Source: an uncultured Gammaproteobacteria bacterium (lineage in GTDB: Bacteria > Patescibacteriota > Microgenomatia > Levybacterales > GWA1-39-11). Taken from it: a DNA stretch of 64,000 nt. A program made the translations under genes and the position numbers. A model generated the notes under the pieces. The model searched no databases and was not told the DNA's origin. It saw only the letters and a list, made by a program, of their open reading frames with translations. Positions 37,255 through 46,673 of the stretch are shown in pieces. The DNA lies in NCBI GenBank assembly GCA_964450885.1, contig CAYVFE010000001.1, positions 310,572 through 374,571 of the forward strand. Direction: 5' to 3'. Position 1 is the first letter of the stretch. The number at the start of each line of letters is the position of its first letter.

Positions 37255-39100
37255 GGTGACTGATTACAGTTTTTTGAGTCATTTTGTTCTCTAATCTTAT
37301 TTCCCGATGGTTTTTTAACTCGTGCAAAAATTCATCAAGATTTTTGCTGGCAACGCAAGTAAATTTATCCGCTCCTCCATAGTATACAAATAATTTGTTA
37401 TTTTTTATGACAGCGCCGCAAGGATAAGCGACACCTGCTTTGAATCCATTATTTTCATACCATTGATCGGGCTCCAGGATCGGTTGTTGAGTTCTGTATA
37501 GAACTTTCCATGGCTCATTTAGGTCAAGCAGCATAGCACCGATTTTATATTGTGAGTCATTCTTGTCATCGACCGCGTGATAGATAAGTAGCCACCCATC
37601 TGCAGTTTTTATCGGTGGTGGGCCTGCGCCCACCTTTCTGCTGTCCCAGCCGTCTACTGTTGGCGGGATTTTGTACTCTCCTTTTAGATATCTTGGATTA
37701 TCAAAATCAAGATTATCCAGCAAATCAATCAGGATGTTCGGAAAGACTCTGTGCATTACTACATATTTGCCGCCTATTTTTTCTGGGAATACAACAGCAT
37801 TTTTGTTAACTTCATGAGGTCTGGAGATAAGTTTTGGTGTTTTCCAGTCCCAATTCTTATTTTTGAAGTCTTCCTCTGAGATAGAGGATAGCGCCACCCT
37901 AGGAGCGTTAGCTCCATTGTACGCTATATAGGTTAAATAAAATTTCTTATCATCTTTTATCCAAGTGATACGTGGATCTTCGCAGCCTCCATATCCTCCT
38001 CCAGACATGAACCAGGTCTTCGGATCTCCCCCTGGAGTCTCGAAAGATCTTCTAGGTGAGTATATCGGTTTGTCAGATCTGTAGTTAATATCAAATCCAT
38101 CAGCGCTCTCAGCATGACCAAGAACAGACGTATTTTGAGGTCCCATTGCTCTATAGATAAAATGGAATTTATCACCATCGTGTACGGCGGCTGGATTAAA
38201 AGTAGCATCCCGTTGCCAAGAGTGATGCATCACTGGGGTTATGATAGGATTTCTTTCATGCTTTTCGAGCCTAGGTTTTGTTCTACCTGGTAGACCATTA
38301 AAAACATCCGCGAATTTCCCAAAGGATACTGTGTATATATCTTTTCCACGAATCCCGAAATAAAAGAATAGATTGTCATTCAGTATCGCAGTTCCGAGTG
38401 GATAAAGTTCTCCCTTTTCTGCCTCGAGCTGTTGGGTTAGAAGTGGTCTTTGAGATCTGGAAATAAGTTTTTGCGGGTCATTTTTATCAAACAATGCTAT
38501 TCCTACAGAATAATTAAGTCCTTCCCTGAAGAATTCTCTTACGTAGTAAAAAACGAGAATCCCCTCATGGGTGTTGTAGACATTTCCTATTTGTAGTGGA
38601 TACGCATCGAAATAATTTCCCTGAGGAGATAGTACCTGGGACTTTATATCCCAATTCACTAGATCTTTTGAATAAGCGACTGAGATATTTCTATCACCGA
38701 AATAGGCTACATATTGATTGTTAATCTTAAGATCTGGTACCAGACTTGTAGTTTCTTTAATATGTTCAAGTCTGTCTATCTTTTTCCAAGACAGAAGGTC
38801 TTTTGACTCAGCTATATTTATGTTTGGTGTACCATTTAAGATCTGTTTGTAAAAAAGATAGAAATTTTTATCCAATTTTGAGATCCTAAAATCTTTAACT
38901 AAATTGGTATCTATCGTTTTATCCGCGTCTTTAAGTTCGCCCTTCTTACTGGCTGCTTTAAATCCAGTTCCATTCGTGCTGATTGAGGCAAAAAGAGAAT
39001 CGTGGGTAAAGTTTAGAAGATTTCCAAAGATATATACCTTTCCGCTATTTGAAGTTACTCCAAGATCATACGGAATATATTTAGGTAGATTTATATCCAT
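37247..39100 (-). CDS. GH130-like protein with degenerate N-terminal and intact C-terminal domain
   Basis: C-terminal FNPAA, GCEDPR, KNAVVFP, YYGGAD. Confidence 0.85.
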   Translation of the reverse strand: MDINLPKYIPYDLGVTSNSGKVYIFGNLLNFTHDSLFASISTNGTGFKAASKKGELKDADKTIDTNLVKDFRISKLDKNFYLFYKQILNGTPNINIAESKDLLSWKKIDRLEHIKETTSLVPDLKINNQYVAYFGDRNISVAYSKDLVNWDIKSQVLSPQGNYFDAYPLQIGNVYNTHEGILVFYYVREFFREGLNYSVGIALFDKNDPQKLISRSQRPLLTQQLEAEKGELYPLGTAILNDNLFFYFGIRGKDIYTVSFGKFADVFNGLPGRTKPRLEKHERNPIITPVMHHSWQRDATFNPAAVHDGDKFHFIYRAMGPQNTSVLGHAESADGFDINYRSDKPIYSPRRSFETPGGDPKTWFMSGGGYGGCEDPRITWIKDDKKFYLTYIAYNGANAPRVALSSISEEDFKNKNWDWKTPKLISRPHEVNKNAVVFPEKIGGKYVVMHRVFPNILIDLLDNLDFDNPRYLKGEYKIPPTVDGWDSRKVGAGPPPIKTADGWLLIYHAVDDKNDSQYKIGAMLLDLNEPWKVLYRTQQPILEPDQWYENNGFKAGVAYPCGAVIKNNKLFVYYGGADKFTCVASKNLDEFLHELKNHREIRLENKMTQKTVISHHA

Positions 39101-39236
39101 TTTAATAACGAAATATAGGCACGACTTTTGACCGCACCTTATATTTAATTTACTTCATTTAGTGTCACGTAGTCAAGGAATGGTTTTTCCGCTATATAAC
39201 TTGTTTGCTTTTTACTTATAATGCTATAATGAATTT

Positions 39237-39476
39237 ATGGAACTGACAGCTTTGGAAAGTACTTTCTATATTCTAGGTATAATTCTTATGACCTTGATCG
39301 TAATATTAATGGTGGTAAGCGTAGTCATAATTTTTTATATAAAACACAAGATAAATATGATCCAGAGAATGATAGAAGGCAAGATCAGAGATGTCACTAC
39401 CAGACCTCAGGAGGTAGCCTTTGATTTAGGTGCAAGCTTGTTATCAAAATTATTTAGCGTAAAGAAAAGAAAATAA
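39237..39476 (+). CDS. small membrane protein
   Basis: Long hydrophobic N-terminal helix; TGnTATAAT 6 nt upstream. Confidence 0.7.
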   Translation: MELTALESTFYILGIILMTLIVILMVVSVVIIFYIKHKINMIQRMIEGKIRDVTTRPQEVAFDLGASLLSKLFSVKKRK

Positions 39477-39478
39477 AT

Positions 39479-39628
39479 ATGAAGCACTATATATGTGAAG
39501 GTGACTGCGGAGGCGTATCTGATACTCCAAAAGCATGTGGCACCCAGGGATGCAGTATGGAAGGAAAGGATTTGAAAGAATGCGAATGCACGGATGGAAA
39601 GCACAGTAAAAATCAAAATGAGGAGTAA
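39479..39628 (+). CDS. 49-aa Cys-rich putative metal-binding protein, not in the ORF track
   Basis: MKHYICEGDCGGVSDTPKACGTQGCSMEGKDLKECECTDGKHSKNQNEE*; fills the gap between neighbours almost exactly. Confidence 0.75.
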   Translation: MKHYICEGDCGGVSDTPKACGTQGCSMEGKDLKECECTDGKHSKNQNEE

Positions 39629-39631
39629 TAT

Positions 39632-40531
39632 ATGGCTGAGAAAAAAACAATAAAAACAACTGCAAAGAAATCAGAGAAAAAGGAAGAAGTTTCTCTTGAG
39701 GAATTGAAAAGAAGAAAAGAAGAAGTTCTGGCCCGTATAAATGCTGAGATTGGTGATGAAGATGAAGGCCAGGTTGTGATCGAGGACAAAAAAAGAGAAG
39801 CAGAAGAAGAGAAAAAAGAGGAACTGGAAGAGGTTGAAAAAAAAGAGCTTGAGGAAGAGATCCTAAATGATAAATCTGATGATCTCAATGAAGAATCGGT
39901 AGAAGTTGAAAAAGAAAAAAAAGTGGAAGAAACGGTTGACGAAAGCCCTGAGATAGAGGATAAAAAAGAAGAGGAGATGAGCAAATCACACGATGATGAA
40001 TTGTCTTCAACATTCTCTGCAGCAGAATTTGGGATTGCAGACAATAAAGGAAATAAGGGAAAGAATATAATTTTATTTCTAATAGTATTTATAATAGTTG
40101 CGCTTATCTCCACAGCATTTTATTTTTATTTTACCGGTGCTTTTAATGTGAATAATCCTACAGAAACTGCCGAAATAACTCCGACAGAGGCGCCTAGTCC
40201 AACAGTAACCCCTGTAGAGCTCGATCGAGCAGAAATTTCTATTCAGGTCCTAAATGGTAGTGGCGTTAGTGGGGCTGCAGGTGATATGCAAGCCTTTTTA
40301 GAGGACGTTGGCTATGAGAATGTTGAGGCCGGAAATGCGGATGATAGTGATTATTTGAATATAACTATTCAGATCAAGGAGGAATTTGAGGAATTTGCGG
40401 ATCTAATAAGTAAAGATATATCTGACTCATACGTCGTTAATGATGATATAGAGATGCTTGATGAAGACAGCGATTATGATGCAGTAATAATTGTAGGTTC
40501 ACAGGACGAAGTAGAAGAGTCAGATGAGTAA
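39632..40531 (+). CDS. LytR C-terminal domain membrane protein with acidic N-terminus
   Basis: TM segment; IQVLNGSGVSGAAG...GNAD...VIIVG. Confidence 0.85.
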   Translation: MAEKKTIKTTAKKSEKKEEVSLEELKRRKEEVLARINAEIGDEDEGQVVIEDKKREAEEEKKEELEEVEKKELEEEILNDKSDDLNEESVEVEKEKKVEETVDESPEIEDKKEEEMSKSHDDELSSTFSAAEFGIADNKGNKGKNIILFLIVFIIVALISTAFYFYFTGAFNVNNPTETAEITPTEAPSPTVTPVELDRAEISIQVLNGSGVSGAAGDMQAFLEDVGYENVEAGNADDSDYLNITIQIKEEFEEFADLISKDISDSYVVNDDIEMLDEDSDYDAVIIVGSQDEVEESDE

Positions 40532-41387
40532 AAAAACACTTTCTTTTAACAAACTTCATAAAAAGTGGTCTGAAATTCATAAAAAGCAGCAGGAGAAGAT
40601 TCTAGACAAGCATAAAGAAGCACTAGATCACATTTCGCAAAATTCAAAACAATATGCTATAGGAGCAGTTGGTGGTCTCATGCTTCTAACGAATCCCGTA
40701 AATCTCCAGATTTCATCAGGTTCTCCCTCTGGCATTCAATACGAAAAACTAAACAAAAATGTGCATTTGGTTTCTGATCTAGAGCCTTTGATTCCCGACG
40801 ACTACAGAAATTTTACCGACGAAGAAAATGATCAAATAGCAGACAAATTAAGTGATACTTTTGGAATGGATATCAAATATGAAATAGACAATAAGAGGCT
40901 TAATACTACTTATGGTTTTATAGGCGCAGAGCAGCACCTTATGCGTTATCCAGGAGACAATGAGGCAACTCATTTCCAGACACCACAAGAAGCAGAGGAG
41001 TTTATGTCATCAGGTCTTGCGCCCGGGAGAGGTGCTTGGGGATATTTTGCTAACTCAGCTCAAGAAATGACTCAAGAAGATGTGGATCGGGAGAAGTATT
41101 ATATTGCTGTTCAGACCTTCTTAGCGCCAGATTACCTCAATAGGGTCGGTGAGTATAGGGATTTTTTTAAGTATAGAAAGATGCTTTTGGTGAATCCACA
41201 TAACGGTAAAGCTATAGTTGTTGTTATAGGGGATGCAGGTCCTGCAAAGTGGACTGGAAAACATTTGGGCGGGTCTCCAGAAGTAATGCGGCATTTGGAG
41301 AGATATGATGGAGGTCAGAAAGGACAAGTGTTGTACTATTTTATAGACGATCCAGAAAATAAGGTTCCGCTTGGACCTGTAGAATAA
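40524..41387 (+). CDS. hypothetical protein with possible RlpA-like double-psi beta-barrel C-terminus
   Basis: LLVNPHNGKAIVVVIGDAGP pattern. Confidence 0.6.
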   Translation: MSKKTLSFNKLHKKWSEIHKKQQEKILDKHKEALDHISQNSKQYAIGAVGGLMLLTNPVNLQISSGSPSGIQYEKLNKNVHLVSDLEPLIPDDYRNFTDEENDQIADKLSDTFGMDIKYEIDNKRLNTTYGFIGAEQHLMRYPGDNEATHFQTPQEAEEFMSSGLAPGRGAWGYFANSAQEMTQEDVDREKYYIAVQTFLAPDYLNRVGEYRDFFKYRKMLLVNPHNGKAIVVVIGDAGPAKWTGKHLGGSPEVMRHLERYDGGQKGQVLYYFIDDPENKVPLGPVE

Positions 41388-41391
41388 AAGT

Positions 41392-41718
41392 ATGAAGAGT
41401 AAATTTTATAGTCATATATTAAAGATCGAGCCAATAAATAGTAAATTTGGTGAATATGAAATATCCGATTCTCAAAGAGACGAACTTTTGGATATATTAC
41501 ACACGCACGTTCATATCACGGTTATTGACGTAATTCTCAGCGAGTTAGACGATGACAAGAAAAAAGAATTTCTGCATCTTATTGCGTTAAAAGAAGATCA
41601 CAGTGCTGCTTGGGATTTTGTTATAACAAATATCGAAAAAGGAGAAGATAAGGTAAAAGAAGCAATAGATAGCATAGTAAAGGAATTTGTGAGTGATCTT
41701 GAGAAGCATAGTCTGTAA
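41392..41718 (+). CDS. hypothetical protein
   Basis: 108-aa helical ORF in an operon. Confidence 0.7.
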   Translation: MKSKFYSHILKIEPINSKFGEYEISDSQRDELLDILHTHVHITVIDVILSELDDDKKKEFLHLIALKEDHSAAWDFVITNIEKGEDKVKEAIDSIVKEFVSDLEKHSL

Positions 41719-41742
41719 GCATTTTAATTGTGATAAATCCCT

Positions 41743-42144
41743 ATGAAAAAAAAGATAGAATTAGAAGATGAAGAGAAAGTTAAAAGCAAGAAAAAGATTG
41801 TCGAAGAATACGAATCACAGTGGAGCCTCAAAAGAATTCTTATTTTTTTGAGTATTCTTGGAGTAATTCTCTTTATTATTTATTATATTTTTACAGCAAG
41901 ATTTGGAGAGGTTTTAGGTGAAAAAGATATAGGCAGCACAAGTATCGGTCCGCAAATAGAACTTCCTTCAAAAGATAATATCGATGATATTTTAAAAGAT
42001 GCAGAAGAGAATGTGGCAAATATCGATGCGAATGACATCATAGGATCTCAGCCTCAAATTCAAGACGCCATAAAGCAACTGCAAAAGCTTACGAGCGAGG
42101 ATGGTATAAAAAAAGCATTTTGTTCGTCTGTCTGCTCGGAATAG
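41743..42144 (+). CDS. hypothetical membrane-anchored protein
   Basis: Single TM, EVLG motif, C-terminal CxxxC. Confidence 0.7.
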   Translation: MKKKIELEDEEKVKSKKKIVEEYESQWSLKRILIFLSILGVILFIIYYIFTARFGEVLGEKDIGSTSIGPQIELPSKDNIDDILKDAEENVANIDANDIIGSQPQIQDAIKQLQKLTSEDGIKKAFCSSVCSE

Positions 42145-42190
42145 CTACTTACAGCAGAATAAATAATTCTGTTACAATAGCCTCATTACT

Positions 42191-43192
42191 ATGGAAGATA
42201 TATACTCAAGAGCAAAAAATCTTATCGAGCAGCTGGAAATAGAGAAGAAAAAAATCCGACTCAAAGAGATAGAAGCACAATCTACAGACCCAGATTTCTG
42301 GAAAAATAGTACAAAAGCAACGAATGCTATGAAAGAAATGGGGGAGCTTTCAAAGGAGATAGACACTTTAGAGCGGATTGAGAAGATGATATCAAATGGT
42401 GAAACTGAAGGACTTGAGAACCTGGTCTCCGAGCTTGAGATAAGCGTTTATCTCTCTGGAAAATTTGATAGGGGTTCTGCAATTCTTTCCGTCCACTCGG
42501 GTCAAGGAGGAGTCGATGCTATGGATTGGGCTCAGATACTATCCAGAATGTACACAAGGTATTTTGAGAAGAAAAAATACAGCGTTGAAATCATAGATGA
42601 GAGCAAAGGAGAGGAAGCGGGTATAAAAAGTATAACATTTATAGTAAATGGAGATCTTGCTTATGGAAAATTAAAGAATGAAAGCGGTACACATAGATTG
42701 GTTAGGCTTTCTCCTTTTAACTCGGATAAATTACGTCATACGTCCTTTGCTTTAGTTGAAGTGTTGCCATATGTTGATGACAACGTAGATATACAACTTA
42801 AAGAGGACGATCTAGAGTGGGATTTTTATAGAGCATCTTCTCATGGGGGCCAGAATGTTCAAAAAGTTTCTAGTGCGGTAAGGCTTACTCATAAACCCTC
42901 AGGTATAGTGGTTACCTGTCAAACAGAAAGGTACCAAAATCAAAACAGGGAATATGCTTTAAAAATCCTCAAGTCAAAACTTGCGGTGTTGGAAGAAGAA
43001 AAGAAAAAAGAGGAAGAAAGAAGACAAAAAGGGGATTATAAGCCAGCTTCTTGGGGCAACCAGATTAGAAACTATGTGCTTCACCCATATAAATTAGTTA
43101 AGGATACGAGGACAAAAGTGGAAAGCTCCGACCCTGATTCAGTACTGGACGGAAATATAGATTTATTTATTGATGCTGAGCTCAAATTGTAG
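42191..43192 (+). CDS. prfB: peptide chain release factor 2
   Basis: SPF motif (RLSPF), GGQ, WGNQIRNYVLHPY. Confidence 0.95.
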   Translation: MEDIYSRAKNLIEQLEIEKKKIRLKEIEAQSTDPDFWKNSTKATNAMKEMGELSKEIDTLERIEKMISNGETEGLENLVSELEISVYLSGKFDRGSAILSVHSGQGGVDAMDWAQILSRMYTRYFEKKKYSVEIIDESKGEEAGIKSITFIVNGDLAYGKLKNESGTHRLVRLSPFNSDKLRHTSFALVEVLPYVDDNVDIQLKEDDLEWDFYRASSHGGQNVQKVSSAVRLTHKPSGIVVTCQTERYQNQNREYALKILKSKLAVLEEEKKKEEERRQKGDYKPASWGNQIRNYVLHPYKLVKDTRTKVESSDPDSVLDGNIDLFIDAELKL

Positions 43193-43236
43193 ATAAAATC
43201 TTGTAATAATTTTTGATTTATGTTTTACTGTAATCT

Positions 43237-43719
43237 ATGGAAAATAGATCTGTAAGTTCAAAAGACAAGCCAATCATCCGCTCTATGGAGGGGAAGAAAA
43301 AGACCAAGTTAGGTAAGTATACAAATCTTGTTTCTATACTTATGGTGCTGGGACTCGGTTTGGGCAGCGGATTTCTGCTCGCACAAATTACTATCGCAAC
43401 TGGAGTTGTAAATAAGAAGGTTGAGGTCATCGAGATAGCGGAAGATGCTGAAATCAAGAAGGGCTTAGTTGTGGGCGCGGATGACAGTGGTCAATTCCCA
43501 GACGTAGCGGAGGGAGAATTAGTTGAGGGTGGTATTGATGGTGAAGGAACACATCATCTAGAACGACCAGGTGGAGAATCTCAAAACGTTTATTTGACAT
43601 CCTCAAATGTAGATCTGGATAAGTTCGTAGGTAGGAAAGTGAAGATAAACGGCAAAACATTTGATGCAGAAAAAGCAGGATGGCTTATGGACGTAGGAAA
43701 ACTTGAGGTTATAGAGTAG
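43237..43719 (+). CDS. hypothetical membrane-anchored protein
   Basis: TM segment followed by a beta-rich, OB-like C-terminus. Confidence 0.7.
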   Translation: MENRSVSSKDKPIIRSMEGKKKTKLGKYTNLVSILMVLGLGLGSGFLLAQITIATGVVNKKVEVIEIAEDAEIKKGLVVGADDSGQFPDVAEGELVEGGIDGEGTHHLERPGGESQNVYLTSSNVDLDKFVGRKVKINGKTFDAEKAGWLMDVGKLEVIE

Positions 43720-43764
43720 GGATTTTTATTATCGAATTTATTTCTAGTAGAATGATAAATAAGC

Positions 43765-44550
43765 ATGATACGATTTCAAAACGTTTCCAAAACTTACTAC
43801 AATACTAAAGCGCTAGATAATTTGAGTTTTCAAATTGATCAGGGTAATTTAGTGCTTCTTGTCGGACCCACTGGTTCTGGAAAAACTACAATTTTTAGGC
43901 TTATAATCCGCGATTTGGAACCATCAGAAGGGGAGATAAAAATAGGTGAGATCGATGTGCATCAACTTCATAGGTCAAAAATAAGGCATTTAAGGCGTAA
44001 GGTAGGGGTAGTATTTCAAGATCTAAAACTATTGTTTGACAGGACTGTAATAGAGAACGTTATGCTTCCCCTCGAACTTTCAGGTGTTTCCGAAAGAGAA
44101 GCAAAGGAGCGCGCACAAGAGGTCCTAGATGATGTTGGGATCTCACATAAGTCTGATCAATTTCCACTTCAACTTTCCGGAGGGGAAAGACAAAGAGTTG
44201 CGATCGCAAGGGCGCTAGTTTTTAATCCAGAAGTAATTCTTGCTGATGAGCCAACAGGTAATCTAGACATAAAAACCTCTATGCAGATATTCGAACTTCT
44301 CGAACAAATAAACAAGAGAGGAACGACTATATTCATGGCAACACACAACGATCATATAATAGAAAAAACTGGATACAGAGTCTTATATGTTGAAGGTGGG
44401 GTATTAAAAAATGATAAAAAATCTACAAAAAAAATGACGCCTGAAGTAAAAAACGACGAACAAAAGCCCGATAAAGAAAAACATGAAGAAGCAAAAAAGG
44501 ATGATAAATCAGAAAAAATAAACCTGGAGTCGCTCAAAAATAAGAAATAA
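43765..44550 (+). CDS. ftsE: cell division ATP-binding protein FtsE
   Basis: GPTGSGKT, GVVFQD, LSGGERQR, ADEPTGNLD; adjacent to ftsX. Confidence 0.92.
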   Translation: MIRFQNVSKTYYNTKALDNLSFQIDQGNLVLLVGPTGSGKTTIFRLIIRDLEPSEGEIKIGEIDVHQLHRSKIRHLRRKVGVVFQDLKLLFDRTVIENVMLPLELSGVSEREAKERAQEVLDDVGISHKSDQFPLQLSGGERQRVAIARALVFNPEVILADEPTGNLDIKTSMQIFELLEQINKRGTTIFMATHNDHIIEKTGYRVLYVEGGVLKNDKKSTKKMTPEVKNDEQKPDKEKHEEAKKDDKSEKINLESLKNKK

Positions 44551-44552
44551 CA

Positions 44553-45419
44553 ATGCATATAAAAACTGTCGCAAGGTATATTAGACGTTCGCCCTACCAG
44601 GCGCTGGCTGCCATTATGATAATGAGCCTGACTTTTTTGACAATCTCAGTTTTCGCTGTTGTGACAATTCTTTCTGTAAGAATTATCGATTATTTCGAAT
44701 CTAGACCTCAGATTAGCGTTTTTTTTGAGCCCAATACTCCTCGGGAACAAATAGAATCAGCAAGACAAAATATAGAAGCAACAGGGAAGACGTCTGCCGT
44801 GAATTTCATATCGCAAGAAGAGGCGCTTGCCATATACAGAGAATTTAATAAAGATGAGCCGCTTCTCGTTGAGCTCGTTTCTGCAGATATATTGCCACCA
44901 TCACTGGATGTGAAGGCTCGAATAGTGACCGATCTACCGGAGCTTGCAGCAGTCGCACAAACTTCTGAAGGTGTTGATCGTGTGATTTTCCAAAAAGATA
45001 TAGTTGACACTTTGAGTCAGTGGACTAATGCATTTAGAAAGGTTGGAATTTTAATAGTTGCTGTGTTGATGGTGGTTTCGATATTCGTAATACTTACGAT
45101 AATTGGTATAAAAATCACAATCAGGCGTGGGGAAATCGAGATAATGAAGCTGATTGGTGCGTCGGATTGGTTTATTAGAACGCCCTTTATACTAGAGGGA
45201 ATATTTTATTCAGTTCTAGGGGCGATAATAGGATGGGCAGTTTCCTATGGGGCCCTTATGATTTTCGGTCAATCTACGCTGCAATCGTTCTTTAATGGAG
45301 TGCCGGTTTTTCCGATAGAGCCAATTTATATGCTTGCTGTTTTGGGGCTTCAGATATTGCTTGCAGTAGTTTTGGGTGCATTCGCAAGCTTTTTGGCGGT
45401 ATTTAGATATCTTAAATAA
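44553..45419 (+). CDS. ftsX: cell division permease FtsX
   Basis: Four-TM architecture; RRGEIEIMKLIGASDWFIRTPFILEG. Confidence 0.92.
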   Translation: MHIKTVARYIRRSPYQALAAIMIMSLTFLTISVFAVVTILSVRIIDYFESRPQISVFFEPNTPREQIESARQNIEATGKTSAVNFISQEEALAIYREFNKDEPLLVELVSADILPPSLDVKARIVTDLPELAAVAQTSEGVDRVIFQKDIVDTLSQWTNAFRKVGILIVAVLMVVSIFVILTIIGIKITIRRGEIEIMKLIGASDWFIRTPFILEGIFYSVLGAIIGWAVSYGALMIFGQSTLQSFFNGVPVFPIEPIYMLAVLGLQILLAVVLGAFASFLAVFRYLK

Positions 45420-45425
45420 TTAGGT

Positions 45426-46637
45426 ATGAAGTGGAATCTTCGATACATATTTGTTTCCTTTTTTGTCCTTTTACTATTTAGCTTTTTAGTAGGTAGTGTT
45501 ATGGGGCAGACGGAAACACCAACCCCTACTCCAGAAGAAAGCGAGGAAGATGTCAGTGAAGAACTTGAAGAAATTCAAGGCAAAATTGAAGAATACGAGT
45601 CGAAAATTGATGAACTTCAAAATGAGGCAAAAAGTCTTTCCTCTCAAATCGAAATAGTTGATAGTCAGGTTGCACTGACAGAACTTCGTGTGCGGGAGAC
45701 TGAGAAAAAAATCGACAACCTCAAAGAAGATATAGACATCACCGAAGATAAGATATACAACCTCGAGGGTAATATTGATGGAATATCAAAAGCGCTTCTT
45801 AATAGAATTGTTGCATCATATAAGTATGGGAGTATTGAACCATGGGAAGTTCTTCTTACTTCGGGTAATATAGATAAATTTTTTACAAGATTAAAATACT
45901 TAAAAATAGTTCAGCATTATGATCAGAAAAACATAATAGAGGCCGAGCAGTCAAAGGTAAGTTATGCAAATCAGCAAGACATATTAGTAGAAAAACAAGA
46001 AGAAGCAGAACAATTATCCGCTCAGCTTGATAGTTACAACGAGCAATTATCGGCCGAAAGACAGAATAAGGAGTATTTACTTAACGAAACTCGCGGAAGT
46101 GAGGCAGAATATCAAAAACTACTTGCTGAAACACGTGCAGAGTTCTTAGCAATTCAAGGTATTATTGCAGGTAAAGGAGAAGAAATTGAGTCTGGCGAAG
46201 TTAGTGAAGGTGATAGGATAGCATCGATTATACAGGGTGCATCCTGTAACTCATCAGGTACGCATTTGCATTTTATAGTAAGGGAAGGAAATGGAGCACA
46301 TAACCCATTCAATTACTTATCATCTATTGATCACACAAATAATTCTGGCGGTGATCCATTCGAGCCGTCTGGATCATGGAGATGGCCGATAGACCCTGTT
46401 ATTCGTTACAATCAGGGTTATGGCGTAACGCAGGCAATCAAGTCTGGATTTGTTTGGTATGGATTTCACGACGGAATAGATATTGGAACTTCAGGTTCAC
46501 AGACTGTGCGAGCAGTGAAGGATGGAACCCTGTATCAGGGTAGCTATTCCGGGAATGGTGGATGTCGCCTTCAATATGTGAGAGTGGATCATAAAGAGGG
46601 AGGGCTAGACACTCTTTATTTACATGTCAATTACTAA
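45426..46637 (+). CDS. secreted coiled-coil protein with a circularly permuted M23 peptidase domain (probable FtsEX partner)
   Basis: Signal/TM, long coiled coil, then SSGTHLHF...NP..YL ahead of WP...HDGIDI...YLHV. Confidence 0.8.
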   Translation: MKWNLRYIFVSFFVLLLFSFLVGSVMGQTETPTPTPEESEEDVSEELEEIQGKIEEYESKIDELQNEAKSLSSQIEIVDSQVALTELRVRETEKKIDNLKEDIDITEDKIYNLEGNIDGISKALLNRIVASYKYGSIEPWEVLLTSGNIDKFFTRLKYLKIVQHYDQKNIIEAEQSKVSYANQQDILVEKQEEAEQLSAQLDSYNEQLSAERQNKEYLLNETRGSEAEYQKLLAETRAEFLAIQGIIAGKGEEIESGEVSEGDRIASIIQGASCNSSGTHLHFIVREGNGAHNPFNYLSSIDHTNNSGGDPFEPSGSWRWPIDPVIRYNQGYGVTQAIKSGFVWYGFHDGIDIGTSGSQTVRAVKDGTLYQGSYSGNGGCRLQYVRVDHKEGGLDTLYLHVNY

Positions 46638-46673
46638 TTATTTAAATTTATTTTTTTAATACAAAATTATTTT

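Noticed and set aside
39632-40020. Tandem repeat in the GAA/AAA-rich stretch
   Set aside because: Low-complexity Glu/Lys coding sequence without a discrete repeat unit
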